Source of the DNA: a virus
Virus record (IMG/VR): IMGVR_UViG_3300021963_000037
Coordinates: 32,001-96,000 of that record
DNA: 64,000 bases
Strand: one strand, 5' to 3'
Position 1 is the stretch's first letter. Each line of letters opens with the position of its first letter. Positions 48,259-57,812 of the stretch are shown in pieces. A model generated the notes under the pieces. That model saw only the letters and a program-made list of their open reading frames with translations. It did not search any database and was not told the origin of the DNA. Position numbers and translations under genes: made by a program.

Positions 48259-50475
48259 ATGGAACTAAACAAAATTACATCGTTTAAGACTTTCTCAGAA
48301 TTAAAATCTCAAAAGGATGCAGTTAAAACTGAGCAAGAAAATAAGACGAAAAGAGTTAAATCTTTAGAGAAAATCTCTTCTATTTTAGATGAATTGGAAA
48401 TCAACGATATGTCTGAATTAGACGAAGAGAAGAAAAAAGCGTTATATGCTAAACTATTTAGTGAAGATCGTGCTGAAGAAATTGAAGCAGAAATCGTTGC
48501 TAAAGGTAAAGAAAAAGATGAGTCTGACGAAGTTGGAGACCTTATAAATAAAGGTATTGCTGACGAAGTTGAAGAAGATAAAGCTGAAGATATCGAAGAC
48601 GATATTAATAAATTAGGAGAACCTAAAGAAGAAGATCCTAAAGATGGTGAAGAATTAGAATCTGAACTTGATGAGGCTAAAGTTACATTAGATGCAATGG
48701 AACCAGACGAAGAAGGTCTTGTTAAATTCTGTAAAAAGAAAGGCATCAAATGGAAAATTGTAAATATGAATGGTCCAGCTGCTAATTACCCAGAAGTTGA
48801 GTACATTGGTAAAAAGAAGGATCTTGAAACAATGATTCAAGATTTTTGGGGTAAAGATAGTGGTTTAGAAGAGTTTATCGAAGAATCTATTGTTTCTGAA
48901 GCTCGTTCTATTAATAAGATCCAAAATGACTGGACCAAAGTAACAGCTGGTATGGCTGAACTTGCTAAACAATGGAAAGCCGCTGAAGGTGATGCAAAAG
49001 CTGCATTACTTGCTAAAATGAAAGAAGAAACTGCTAAGAAAAAAGCTTTAGAAGCTGAATTAGACGATGCAGTTACTGGTAAAGATAAAGATTTGGAATT
49101 AGTAGTTACTGAAGGTAATGCTTTTACTGGAGCCTTATTTGCTGCTAGAAATAAAGGAGAGAAAACATTTGAATTTAACGGTAAAACTTATAATGTTCGT
49201 GGTTCTAAAGTTAATGAAGAAGACGATGAAGTTAAAGAAGCTGTTGAAGTTGAAGAAGGTAATGCTTTTGGAGATGCTGTTAGAAAAGCTAAAGAAGCTG
49301 GAGAGAAAGAATTTGAATTTGATGGTAAAACATACAAAGTAGAAGAAGCTTTAACTGAAGGTTCTCATGGTATGGCTAAAAGATTACTTCAAGAAATTAT
49401 TGATGGTAATACTTCAAGAGCAGAAGGTACTAAAATGTCTAAAGAGTTAGCTGCACATTTTCTAACTTGGGTTGAAAGTTCTCCATTCGGAAAGAAAAAC
49501 GGAAACTTACCATTAGATATGTTGATTAAAGCATCATTTAACTGGGGTATTGAAAGAGGTTTAGATCCTAAATTAAAAGGTGAATTATCAAAATTAAAAG
49601 AAACTGTTAAAGAATCTAATGAAATCGAAGAAGGTAATGCTTTTGGAGATGCTGTTAGAAAAGCTAAAGAAGCTGGAGAGAAGGAATTCGAATTTGACGG
49701 TAAGAAATATAAAGTTGAAGAGTCTAAACACAATCCATCTGTTAAAGTGGTTGTAGAATCTGTAAATGAAGCAAAGCAATTTGATAAAGATTATGCAGAT
49801 ATGGAAACTTCTATTAAAAGAGGTATTGGTTGGATCGATCCTGAATATACAGCAGATACTTGGGAAAATTCATCAGACACTATAGATTTTGAATTAGTAA
49901 GTTCTGAAATCTATAAAAGATTAATCAAAGCCGGTTTATTATGGACATCTGAAGATGGCGAAACAAAAGATAAACAAATAAAATCTTTAAAAGAATTAGG
50001 TATTAAAGAATCAGTTGTTAATGAAGCTGAAATTAAATCTGAAGACGAATTTAAAGATTATGCAATGACTGTTTTAAAAAAAGCATTTGGCGACGAATTT
50101 GATGAAGCTAAAGCTGGAGAAGTAGTTGATGGTATTCTTAAAAAATGTGATGGTGATTTCGGTGCAGCAGTTGGTATGTTGACAAGTTCTCTTGGAGAAT
50201 CTGTTACTAATGAAGCAATAGACACTAAATATTGGGCAGATTACAACACTGATACTTCTGGTCATGGAGATCCAGCAAACTCAATTAAATTAAAAGTTTT
50301 TGATATTGCTTTTGAAGAAGCCGTAGAATCATGGAATGATGAAGCAGATGGTGAAGAAAATCAAATCAATGACAAACAAGCTGATAAGATTGAAAGATTA
50401 GCAAAAGAATTCTTTAGAAAAGAAAAATGGATTTCAATTAATGTCATTCACGCAATGATTGCACAGGAATCCTAA
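48259..50475 (+). CDS. Acidic multi-module protein, putative protease-processed internal head polyprotein
   Basis: KITSFKTFSE start; repeated [LIV]xE-[AG] junctions; three EGNAF...FEF[DN]GKxY modules. Confidence 0.6.
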   Translation: MELNKITSFKTFSELKSQKDAVKTEQENKTKRVKSLEKISSILDELEINDMSELDEEKKKALYAKLFSEDRAEEIEAEIVAKGKEKDESDEVGDLINKGIADEVEEDKAEDIEDDINKLGEPKEEDPKDGEELESELDEAKVTLDAMEPDEEGLVKFCKKKGIKWKIVNMNGPAANYPEVEYIGKKKDLETMIQDFWGKDSGLEEFIEESIVSEARSINKIQNDWTKVTAGMAELAKQWKAAEGDAKAALLAKMKEETAKKKALEAELDDAVTGKDKDLELVVTEGNAFTGALFAARNKGEKTFEFNGKTYNVRGSKVNEEDDEVKEAVEVEEGNAFGDAVRKAKEAGEKEFEFDGKTYKVEEALTEGSHGMAKRLLQEIIDGNTSRAEGTKMSKELAAHFLTWVESSPFGKKNGNLPLDMLIKASFNWGIERGLDPKLKGELSKLKETVKESNEIEEGNAFGDAVRKAKEAGEKEFEFDGKKYKVEESKHNPSVKVVVESVNEAKQFDKDYADMETSIKRGIGWIDPEYTADTWENSSDTIDFELVSSEIYKRLIKAGLLWTSEDGETKDKQIKSLKELGIKESVVNEAEIKSEDEFKDYAMTVLKKAFGDEFDEAKAGEVVDGILKKCDGDFGAAVGMLTSSLGESVTNEAIDTKYWADYNTDTSGHGDPANSIKLKVFDIAFEEAVESWNDEADGEENQINDKQADKIERLAKEFFRKEKWISINVIHAMIAQES
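49252..49682 (+). repeat. 56-bp perfect direct repeat (49252-49307 and 49627-49682); diverged third copy near 49111
   Basis: GAAGAAGGTAATGCTTTTGGAGATGCTGTTAGAAAAGCTAAAGAAGCTGGAGAGAA occurs twice. Confidence 0.9.
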
Positions 50476-50493
50476 TAAAATAGAATAAATATT

Positions 50494-50525
50494 AGACCTG
50501 AGTATAAAACACTCGGGTCTTTTTT
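50494..50525 (+). terminator. Rho-independent terminator
   Basis: AGACCTGAGT-ATAAAAC-ACTCGGGTCT (one G-U pair) followed by TTTTT. Confidence 0.8.
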
Positions 50526-50532
50526 GAATATT

Positions 50533-51813
50533 ATGAAACTATACAACTACAACGAATTCTTACTAGAAAAATGGAACTCAAAGTTTCCATCATTGGTAAT
50601 GGAAGGTGGAGCAGCAGGTCATATGATGCATCCATTTGATGATAACTCATTGACTTTCGGAGATATGAAACATTTAATCGATTCTGCTTTGCAAGGTCGT
50701 TTAGATTTTGAAGAGGCTCCAACTGAAAAAACTGATGGACAAAACTTATTTGTTACAGTTACTGCAGCAGGTAAAGTTTTATTTGCTAGAAATAAAGGTC
50801 AAATGGCTAACCCAATTGATTTAAGCTCAATCACTTCGATGTTCAAGGATCACCCTTCAGCTGGAGTAAGAGATACATTCACTTATGCAGCAAGTGACTT
50901 AGCAAGTGCTTTAGGATCACTAAAGGGTACAGATATAGAAGACTTCAATGACGGTAAATCATTTATGAATATGGAGTTAATTTATTCTGGAAATTCAAAT
51001 GTAATTAATTATGACCGTGACGTTATTCAATTCCATGGTATTGTTCATACTGATGGAGCTGGAAATCAAATAGGTTCTGATTCTAGTGTAGCTAGAAAAG
51101 TACAAGCTGCTCTTAATAAAGTAACAGCTGACGTACAAAAGACATTTAAAATTATTCCTCCACAAGATTTGCAGATTGGAAAAACTGTAAACTTTGACGA
51201 GAAAAAGAAATACTTTTTAGATAAAGTTATTGCATTACAAAACACTTATAAATTATCTGATTCAGATCCTGTATCTAAATACCATGAAATGTGGTGGACC
51301 GAATTAATTGCTAAAACTTTCTCTAATTTAGATACAATCACACAAGCTGGATTGGTACAAAGATGGGCGTTTGATGACAAGAAAACATTAAACATGAGAG
51401 ATGTTAGTAAACAAATTGGAGATAGTGAATATAAAAAACTACAAGAATTTGAAAAAACTGATGCTAAAAAGAAATATAAAGAAAACATCATGCCATTCGA
51501 AAATATCTTTCTTGAATTAGGTTCAGTAGTATTAAAGAATGTTTCAAATTTATTAGCAGCAAACCCAGATCAAGAGATGCAGAGACTTCACAATCAAATT
51601 AGAACTGAAGCTGACAAAATCAAACAAAACGGAGACCTTTCACAAATTTCAAAAGTTGAATCAGAATTGGCACGTTTAGAAAGAATTGGCGGAATCGATT
51701 CAATTATTCCAAGTGAAGGTTTAGTTTTTAAATTTAAAGGTAAATTGTACAAATTAACCGGTACATTCGCTGCAATAAATCAATTAATGGGTATTATAAA
51801 ATACGGAAGATAA
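50533..51813 (+). CDS. RNA/DNA-ligase-fold protein (DUF6267-like)
   Basis: GGAAGHMMHP, TEKTDGQN (motif I KxDG), SEGLVF...YKLTG (motifs IV/V); start MKLYNYNEFLLE. Confidence 0.65.
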   Translation: MKLYNYNEFLLEKWNSKFPSLVMEGGAAGHMMHPFDDNSLTFGDMKHLIDSALQGRLDFEEAPTEKTDGQNLFVTVTAAGKVLFARNKGQMANPIDLSSITSMFKDHPSAGVRDTFTYAASDLASALGSLKGTDIEDFNDGKSFMNMELIYSGNSNVINYDRDVIQFHGIVHTDGAGNQIGSDSSVARKVQAALNKVTADVQKTFKIIPPQDLQIGKTVNFDEKKKYFLDKVIALQNTYKLSDSDPVSKYHEMWWTELIAKTFSNLDTITQAGLVQRWAFDDKKTLNMRDVSKQIGDSEYKKLQEFEKTDAKKKYKENIMPFENIFLELGSVVLKNVSNLLAANPDQEMQRLHNQIRTEADKIKQNGDLSQISKVESELARLERIGGIDSIIPSEGLVFKFKGKLYKLTGTFAAINQLMGIIKYGR

Positions 51814-51814
51814 A

Positions 51815-53668
51815 ATGGCACTACAAAAACTTAGAGATTTCTATCAATCTTCGAACACTGAAGTATTCAATGACTTAATGAAGAATAAAGTTGTTGTGTC
51901 AGAAAAGATAGCAGCACCGTCTCTTTATGTTAGAAGAGGTTTAAATGGTTTTGAATTTTTTAAAAATGGAACCAGCGAAGAGCTATCGATTGTTGATAGA
52001 ACTTTAGTATCTTTGTATGAAACTGCAATTAAATATTTCCAAGGACTTTCTCCAGAAATTAAACAATCGATGCCAATTGATTGGAAATTTGGATTTGAGT
52101 ATCTTCCGGAAGCAGATGCATCGCCTTTAAATTATGATTCAGTTCCATTAAACTATTTAATACTTACACATATCCAAGTTACTGGAGATAATGGTAAACC
52201 TAGAAAGATTATCAATGATACACATGTCCTAAATAAATGGGCAAAAACTTTTGAGGTTCAACAACCACCTGTTCTTTTTGAAGGAATGTTAGATGTAAAT
52301 CAACAAACCAGATTAAGAGATTTGGTATCTATGAGTAACGAACAATACCAAAAAGAATTCTCTGACAAATCTTTTACAAGAGAAGCATTTCATATCTTTA
52401 ATAGTAATTTATCAAAATCTACATTAAATGATAATTTAGATAAAGAAATTGATGGTTTAATTATCTCATTTGTAGAAGGTACAAAAATCAAATCATTTAA
52501 AATGGAAGCCTTTGATCGTGTAAATGAATCAAAGGATGATAGAGAGTCTAGCCATATGTATCAGATCACAATGGTTGACTTATTAGAATTCTTAAATGAT
52601 TTTAATTTAGACGAAATTGAATTAAACGAGGAGAACTCGGATTTACGATACATTGAATTAGTTTCAGCTGTCTACAATCAATATCTAAACAAAAACGCAT
52701 TTAAATATGTTGGAGCTAAATTTGATTCAGCTAGCTTTGCTACTGCAGAATGCTTCCAACTTAATACACAATATATTAAGAACGAAACAACATTAAAGTA
52801 TCTTGAGAACAATGTTCTTGCTGAGCTTTATAAAATTGTTGTTGGTAGTTTAAGAAAGAAACGAGTTAAAGAGAGTTCAATTATTACTGGACTTTTATTT
52901 ACTCAATTAAATGAAATCGTAGAAAAGATCGAACAAAAAATCTTTGTTGAAAATGCTGATGAACATGCAGTATATGATTTCAAAAATTATATCATTCATG
53001 ACAGAGTAGCAAACAGTCAAAAAATTACTGAAGCTCTTAAGATTGATTATCCTGCACAAGGAAAAGAGAAAGTAAATATCTTTGTTGGTAGATTCCAACC
53101 TTTTACTTTAGGACATGTTAAAGTTTTAGAAACTCTTTATAAACAAAACGGTTTTCCAGTTATAGTATTCTTAGTTAAAGCAAAAACTGTTAAGAAAGAG
53201 GATGCTGTTAAACGTCCTTATGATGTTGAAACACAAATTGAAATGTTTAACAATGTACAGAGAGAATACAAATTCTTAAAGCAAGTTATTGTTGTTCCTT
53301 CTGCTGCAATTGATGTTATGTTCAATCAACTTAGACCAAATTACGAACCAGTTCTTTGGGGTACCGGAACTGACCGAATGAAAGCATATGGATATATGGT
53401 TAATAATGACAAGTATCGTGATGAACTTGGAGTTTTACCAGAATTTGGTTTATATGAAATCCAAAGAGGAGATGATGATATTTCCGCAACAAAAGTTAGA
53501 CAATCTTTACTTGATAACAACGTTAAAGAATTTAACAAAATGACCCCAAACTCGCTTCACTCTATGTTTAATGACCTTAAACAAAAATTAGAGACTTCTA
53601 TTGCTAATGAATCAGTAGAACATGATGAAGAGTTTTTAACATTCGAACAATTTATAAATAAGATATAA
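51815..53668 (+). CDS. Degenerate ligase-fold domain fused to an HxGH-type nucleotidyltransferase
   Basis: VSEKIAA and IDGLII...SFK in the N-half; GRFQPFTLGH, GTDR, ISATKVR in the C-half. Confidence 0.7.
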   Translation: MALQKLRDFYQSSNTEVFNDLMKNKVVVSEKIAAPSLYVRRGLNGFEFFKNGTSEELSIVDRTLVSLYETAIKYFQGLSPEIKQSMPIDWKFGFEYLPEADASPLNYDSVPLNYLILTHIQVTGDNGKPRKIINDTHVLNKWAKTFEVQQPPVLFEGMLDVNQQTRLRDLVSMSNEQYQKEFSDKSFTREAFHIFNSNLSKSTLNDNLDKEIDGLIISFVEGTKIKSFKMEAFDRVNESKDDRESSHMYQITMVDLLEFLNDFNLDEIELNEENSDLRYIELVSAVYNQYLNKNAFKYVGAKFDSASFATAECFQLNTQYIKNETTLKYLENNVLAELYKIVVGSLRKKRVKESSIITGLLFTQLNEIVEKIEQKIFVENADEHAVYDFKNYIIHDRVANSQKITEALKIDYPAQGKEKVNIFVGRFQPFTLGHVKVLETLYKQNGFPVIVFLVKAKTVKKEDAVKRPYDVETQIEMFNNVQREYKFLKQVIVVPSAAIDVMFNQLRPNYEPVLWGTGTDRMKAYGYMVNNDKYRDELGVLPEFGLYEIQRGDDDISATKVRQSLLDNNVKEFNKMTPNSLHSMFNDLKQKLETSIANESVEHDEEFLTFEQFINKI

Positions 53669-54777
53669 TGGCACAAACAAACGGAGACATTAGAGCAAGA
53701 TTTGCTGCAGCGTTATCAGCATTAGAAGAACTTAATGAAGGTTCTGAAATTCCAGTTTCTATCGGTAGAGATGTAATTGGAACAGTAAAACCAAACGATA
53801 CCGATACTATCGATCATCTTAAAAGTCTAGTAAATTCATCAGCTTCTAAAGAAACAATTATTAATTTTCTTTTAGGAATTGGTTATCCTGCTGACCAAGC
53901 AGAAATATTGTTTACAATTATTTCTAGAAACAATGATTTATCATCGTTTGTTAGTTATATTCAAAATAGAACAGTAACAATATCAAGTTTACTTGGTAAA
54001 GTCTCAGATTCAAATAGTATTAATTCAAGTATTGGAGTACCCGGAAAAGCATCTGCTGGTTTTTATGGTATGTCATGGAGAACTTCTCCGCCAATGGGAC
54101 CTGGTGAAGTATGGTTAAGTACTATATTGGCAGGCGGTAGAAGACCTAATGGATCTGAAAAGGGAGATGTTATTGTTGATGGTACCGAATTAGAAGTTAA
54201 AGGTCCAAATGGACGTTTAATTGGTCAAAGTGGATATGGCGATGCTAAACAAATGAGAGTTCATTTTTATAATGCAATGACCAATGTTGCTGCTAATTTA
54301 GGACATACTGATTTTACTGCTATTGATAGTGGTAAAGACAACTTTTGGAATGTTGGTAAAAAATCTGGAGAAGGAATTGAAATTAATCTAAAAGCAATTT
54401 CTAAATTAAATAAAGGTTTCTCTTCTAAAGAAATGTTAATGATTTCTGCTGAAATTATTGGAGCATTTAAAAATTACCTACTTAATTTAGATGTTTCTAA
54501 ATATTCTGGAGTATTAGCAAACTGTATTGGTAAAGATGGTTCTATTAATACTAGTAAATGGCATGCTGAAATACTACCAATGTATTTTGAATATTATCAA
54601 TCTCATGAGCTATTTAATTATATTGCGTTTACCAGAGAAGATGGTAGATTTTTATTAATTGATGCTTCTACATTTAGAGATGCTTATAATAAGGGTCTAA
54701 TTAATTTTACAGCAGCTCCAAGTTTTACTAATGGAGCGGGTTCTCAAGGTGGAACTTATGGCATAACTATAAAATAA
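53668..54777 (+). CDS. PD-(D/E)XK nuclease-like protein
   Basis: GPGEVWL...KGDVIVDGTELEVKG; TATAAATA at 53653. Confidence 0.55.
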   Translation: MAQTNGDIRARFAAALSALEELNEGSEIPVSIGRDVIGTVKPNDTDTIDHLKSLVNSSASKETIINFLLGIGYPADQAEILFTIISRNNDLSSFVSYIQNRTVTISSLLGKVSDSNSINSSIGVPGKASAGFYGMSWRTSPPMGPGEVWLSTILAGGRRPNGSEKGDVIVDGTELEVKGPNGRLIGQSGYGDAKQMRVHFYNAMTNVAANLGHTDFTAIDSGKDNFWNVGKKSGEGIEINLKAISKLNKGFSSKEMLMISAEIIGAFKNYLLNLDVSKYSGVLANCIGKDGSINTSKWHAEILPMYFEYYQSHELFNYIAFTREDGRFLLIDASTFRDAYNKGLINFTAAPSFTNGAGSQGGTYGITIK

Positions 54778-54812
54778 TCTGATATATAGAATATAAAAAT
54801 AAGAATTTAAGA

Positions 54813-56165
54813 ATGAATTTCGACGATTTTTTACAATCACTTAACGAATCTGAATCAGTAAATGAAGCAGGAATTGTCCTAAAAAGACAATATACTGAAG
54901 CTCATCCTGCTAAAACTGCATCTAAAACAGCGGTTATTCGTAATAAAGTTATTGAAGCCATCAAAGATGGTAAATTAACTAAAGAGGAATTTAACCTAAT
55001 TTTGACTAAAGTTTCTGAAGACCAAAAAAGATGGTTAAAAAGAAATTCTAGTCTTTTTAATGTTTCTGAAGACGGTGTTACATTGTCAAAAGCAGGACTT
55101 AAAATATATAATGAGCTTACAAAAGAAAATAAAATACAAAATAAACCTAGATTTGAAATGAAAAGATTAGTTGAATCATTCTCAGAATTTGTTGAGAATT
55201 TAAACAATGACCATATTAATGAGGCATTTGCATCTTCAAAGCTTGCAAGTCTTTTGACTGGCGGCGCAAAAATGCCAAAGGATCTTCCAGGAGCATTCTA
55301 TAATATGTCACAATTAGCACTTGATAAAATTCAAGATGTTGATATTATTGAAATGGATCCAGAAACTGCTAAAAAAGAAAAAAGAGCTAACGCTGTATAT
55401 TTCTATTTTACAACAAATGAAAAAGAGAATCCATATACTCAACAAGATTGGGGTACAAGAACAATTCCAGCAAATACTCTATTAGCTATCACTAATGGTC
55501 AAAATGAATGGATGAATGCTGAATGGTCAAGCAGATATGGTAGATCATCAAGCAGAACTTTAAAAGTAACTAAAAGAGATGATTCTGCTGGTATTTCAAA
55601 ATCTTCTGCAAACTCTAGTTACGGTTCTAAAATCTCAAGCTTAAAACAAGTTGTTGAACTTGCTGATAGAGCATATTGTTTAGATTTAGATATTCTTAGA
55701 GCAAGGTATTCTACAAGAGCTTTAAAAGATGAAAGATATGCTGCTAAAAAAGGAGCTGTTGCATTCCAAACTGATAAAGATTTTAAAGCAGAAAACTTAA
55801 AGAGATACAATGAAATTTTAGCTACTAAAGCAGCTGCATTACCATTAGATTCTCTAGTTGCAAACGCTATTGATACAATCGCTGGTCAAATCAAAGATGG
55901 TTTATCTAAAGGTTTAAAAGGAAGATACGATGAACTTATTGTTGGATTAGATCCAAAAGGAAGAGAAGTTAAAATGAACGATGCTGCAAATCTAATGAGA
56001 AATATCTTAGATGAATATTCTAGATATTGTGGAGATGCTGCAAATCAAGAAAAAGAAGTAGCTGCAGGTTACGGTGGTTCTTACTACGAAGGTAGCATGA
56101 AACAACGCGCTAAAAATCTTCAAGATTACATGAAGAAAATTGACAACCTAAACTACGCTTGGTAA
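54813..56165 (+). CDS. Putative internal head protein (possible nested start at 55158)
   Basis: MNFDDFLQSLNE start, ESVNEA site, internal MKRLVESFSEF; GATATATA at 54781. Confidence 0.6.
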   Translation: MNFDDFLQSLNESESVNEAGIVLKRQYTEAHPAKTASKTAVIRNKVIEAIKDGKLTKEEFNLILTKVSEDQKRWLKRNSSLFNVSEDGVTLSKAGLKIYNELTKENKIQNKPRFEMKRLVESFSEFVENLNNDHINEAFASSKLASLLTGGAKMPKDLPGAFYNMSQLALDKIQDVDIIEMDPETAKKEKRANAVYFYFTTNEKENPYTQQDWGTRTIPANTLLAITNGQNEWMNAEWSSRYGRSSSRTLKVTKRDDSAGISKSSANSSYGSKISSLKQVVELADRAYCLDLDILRARYSTRALKDERYAAKKGAVAFQTDKDFKAENLKRYNEILATKAAALPLDSLVANAIDTIAGQIKDGLSKGLKGRYDELIVGLDPKGREVKMNDAANLMRNILDEYSRYCGDAANQEKEVAAGYGGSYYEGSMKQRAKNLQDYMKKIDNLNYAW

Positions 56166-56169
56166 TAAT

Positions 56170-56715
56170 ATGAAACATGTACAACTATACGAACAATTCG
56201 TAACTGAAAAAGCATACCAATTGACTGGAATTTACGGTGCAAAAGGTATTATTGGAAAAGTTCTATTTGCTTTTAAGAAAGAAATCGAACGAATTAAATA
56301 CGAAGGAGATGCTGACTCAACTTTAGCAGAACTTAACGATGTTTGGACCAAATGGGCTGATAAAGACGGCGCAAAAATCATCGAACAGGAAGTAATGAAA
56401 GTTGTTAAAGACAAGGAAGCTATTGTTTATATAGTTGCAACTTTATCTGAAGCTCAATGGATCGCAGATGTAGTTAATAGATTAAACACACCGACTGGTA
56501 CAGAACTTTTTGTTTCTTTAAATAACGATTTCGTAATTAATGTTGGTTTTGCGGATGATGTTGATGGAGATAAATTCTCTAGAAAACTTGATGGTATGAC
56601 AAACACTGCGGTTCCAGTAAGTATAACTGAAATTGTTGGATCTTTCGATTCTGCAGTAGGTTATAATAATGTTGAAATCAGAAAGAGCATCTTTTTATCA
56701 ATAGATGCAAAATAA
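56170..56715 (+). CDS. Putative internal head protein
   Basis: Starts MKHVQLYEQFVTE. Confidence 0.6.
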   Translation: MKHVQLYEQFVTEKAYQLTGIYGAKGIIGKVLFAFKKEIERIKYEGDADSTLAELNDVWTKWADKDGAKIIEQEVMKVVKDKEAIVYIVATLSEAQWIADVVNRLNTPTGTELFVSLNNDFVINVGFADDVDGDKFSRKLDGMTNTAVPVSITEIVGSFDSAVGYNNVEIRKSIFLSIDAK

Positions 56716-56723
56716 TTTATAAG

Positions 56724-57191
56724 ATGCCTGCAACAAGCAAATCACAACAAAGACTAATGGGAGCAGCATATGCCGTAAAAGCCGGATATATGCTGCTTTC
56801 TGATGTTTCTGCAGAATACCAAGACAAAGTAAAGGACTTGACACTTTCAATGACTTTAAAACAACTTAAAGATTTTGCAGAAACTCCACATGAAGGACTT
56901 CCTGAGACTGTTGAAGAATCTAGTTTAGGATTTGCAACAAATACTGGTGGACCACAAAGTACTTTTATGCCAGGTGCTGGAATGGGAGCTATTAAACTTC
57001 CAAATATGGGAACTGGAGAAATAGGTTCTGGTGATGTTCCAAAAGGAGCTGGTTGGGCAGAAGACGAATACGAGAAAGAGAAAAAGAAAAAGAAAAGAAG
57101 AGAACAACTTCAAAAGAAAACTGAAAAACCAGTAAAAACATTTGAACAGTTTATTTTCGAAAAACTTAATCCATCTATAAAGGACAAATAA
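56724..57191 (+). CDS. DUF3008-like protein
   Basis: MPATSKSQQRLMGAA...QLKDFAETPHEGLPE; C-terminal VKTFEQFIFE. Confidence 0.6.
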   Translation: MPATSKSQQRLMGAAYAVKAGYMLLSDVSAEYQDKVKDLTLSMTLKQLKDFAETPHEGLPETVEESSLGFATNTGGPQSTFMPGAGMGAIKLPNMGTGEIGSGDVPKGAGWAEDEYEKEKKKKKRREQLQKKTEKPVKTFEQFIFEKLNPSIKDK

Positions 57192-57458
57192 ATGCTAAAC
57201 ATTATTTTACTAGGCGGAGAAAAAGACAAAAATTGGTCAGAAGCAGCAGTTGAAAAAATCATTAATTCAATTAATTCTTGCCAATCTTTAAAACAACTAA
57301 TGACATGTCGAGCATTAGTTAATAATTACCTATTTGCTGCAATCATAGCAGGAAACGAGACAGATGATAGCAATCTACGATTAGTCTCATCTCTATTACA
57401 CTTCTTAGTTAAGAGTAAAGAGAATCAACTTATTAAGGAAATGGATCTTATTTCCTAA
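57192..57458 (+). CDS. Hypothetical protein
   Basis: 88 aa, INSCQSLKQL motif. Confidence 0.55.
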   Translation: MLNIILLGGEKDKNWSEAAVEKIINSINSCQSLKQLMTCRALVNNYLFAAIIAGNETDDSNLRLVSSLLHFLVKSKENQLIKEMDLIS

Positions 57459-57474
57459 AATATTTCACTAAATA

Positions 57475-57512
57475 TTTTTTTATGTCATGGAAATTGTTTA
57501 TATTTACATATA
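57475..57512 (+). promoter_or_regulatory. Possible host-sigma (Bacteroidota -7 like) early promoter
   Basis: TATATTTA at 57499-57506 resembles TAnnTTTG with one mismatch; the upstream T run lacks a clean TTTG. Confidence 0.35.
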
Positions 57513-57531
57513 ATATTTAAACAATCTCAAC

Positions 57532-57762
57532 ATGATAAAATCAGCTAAAGACAGAAAGAAAGGTCCAATCGAAATCGATCTTAATGGACCAGAAGGAAAT
57601 GCATTCTACTTAATGGGAATGGCAATGGACTTTGCTAAAAAGCTCGGTTGGACCAAGGAGCAAAAAGCAAAACTTAGAGTAGAACTGACATTCTCAGACT
57701 ACGAAAATCTAATTAACATCTTCGATAAACATTTTGGTGAATTTGTAATTTTATATCGATAA
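57532..57762 (+). CDS. Conserved small phage protein
   Basis: IEIDLNGPEGNAFYLMG...DYENL...FDKHFG. Confidence 0.7.
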   Translation: MIKSAKDRKKGPIEIDLNGPEGNAFYLMGMAMDFAKKLGWTKEQKAKLRVELTFSDYENLINIFDKHFGEFVILYR

Positions 57763-57766
57763 TTTC

Positions 57767-57793
57767 GAAACTTTTTTGAACTTACTTATATAA
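57767..57793 (+). promoter_or_regulatory. Class A promoter heading the modification cluster
   Basis: GAAAC-N17-TATAA. Confidence 0.7.
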
Positions 57794-57812
57794 TTACTAA
57801 ACATATCGAGAA

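Noticed and set aside
49252-49682. CRISPR array or DGR template/variable repeat
   Set aside because: Only two perfect copies, in frame within a CDS; no adenine-specific mismatches and no cas or reverse transcriptase gene in the window.
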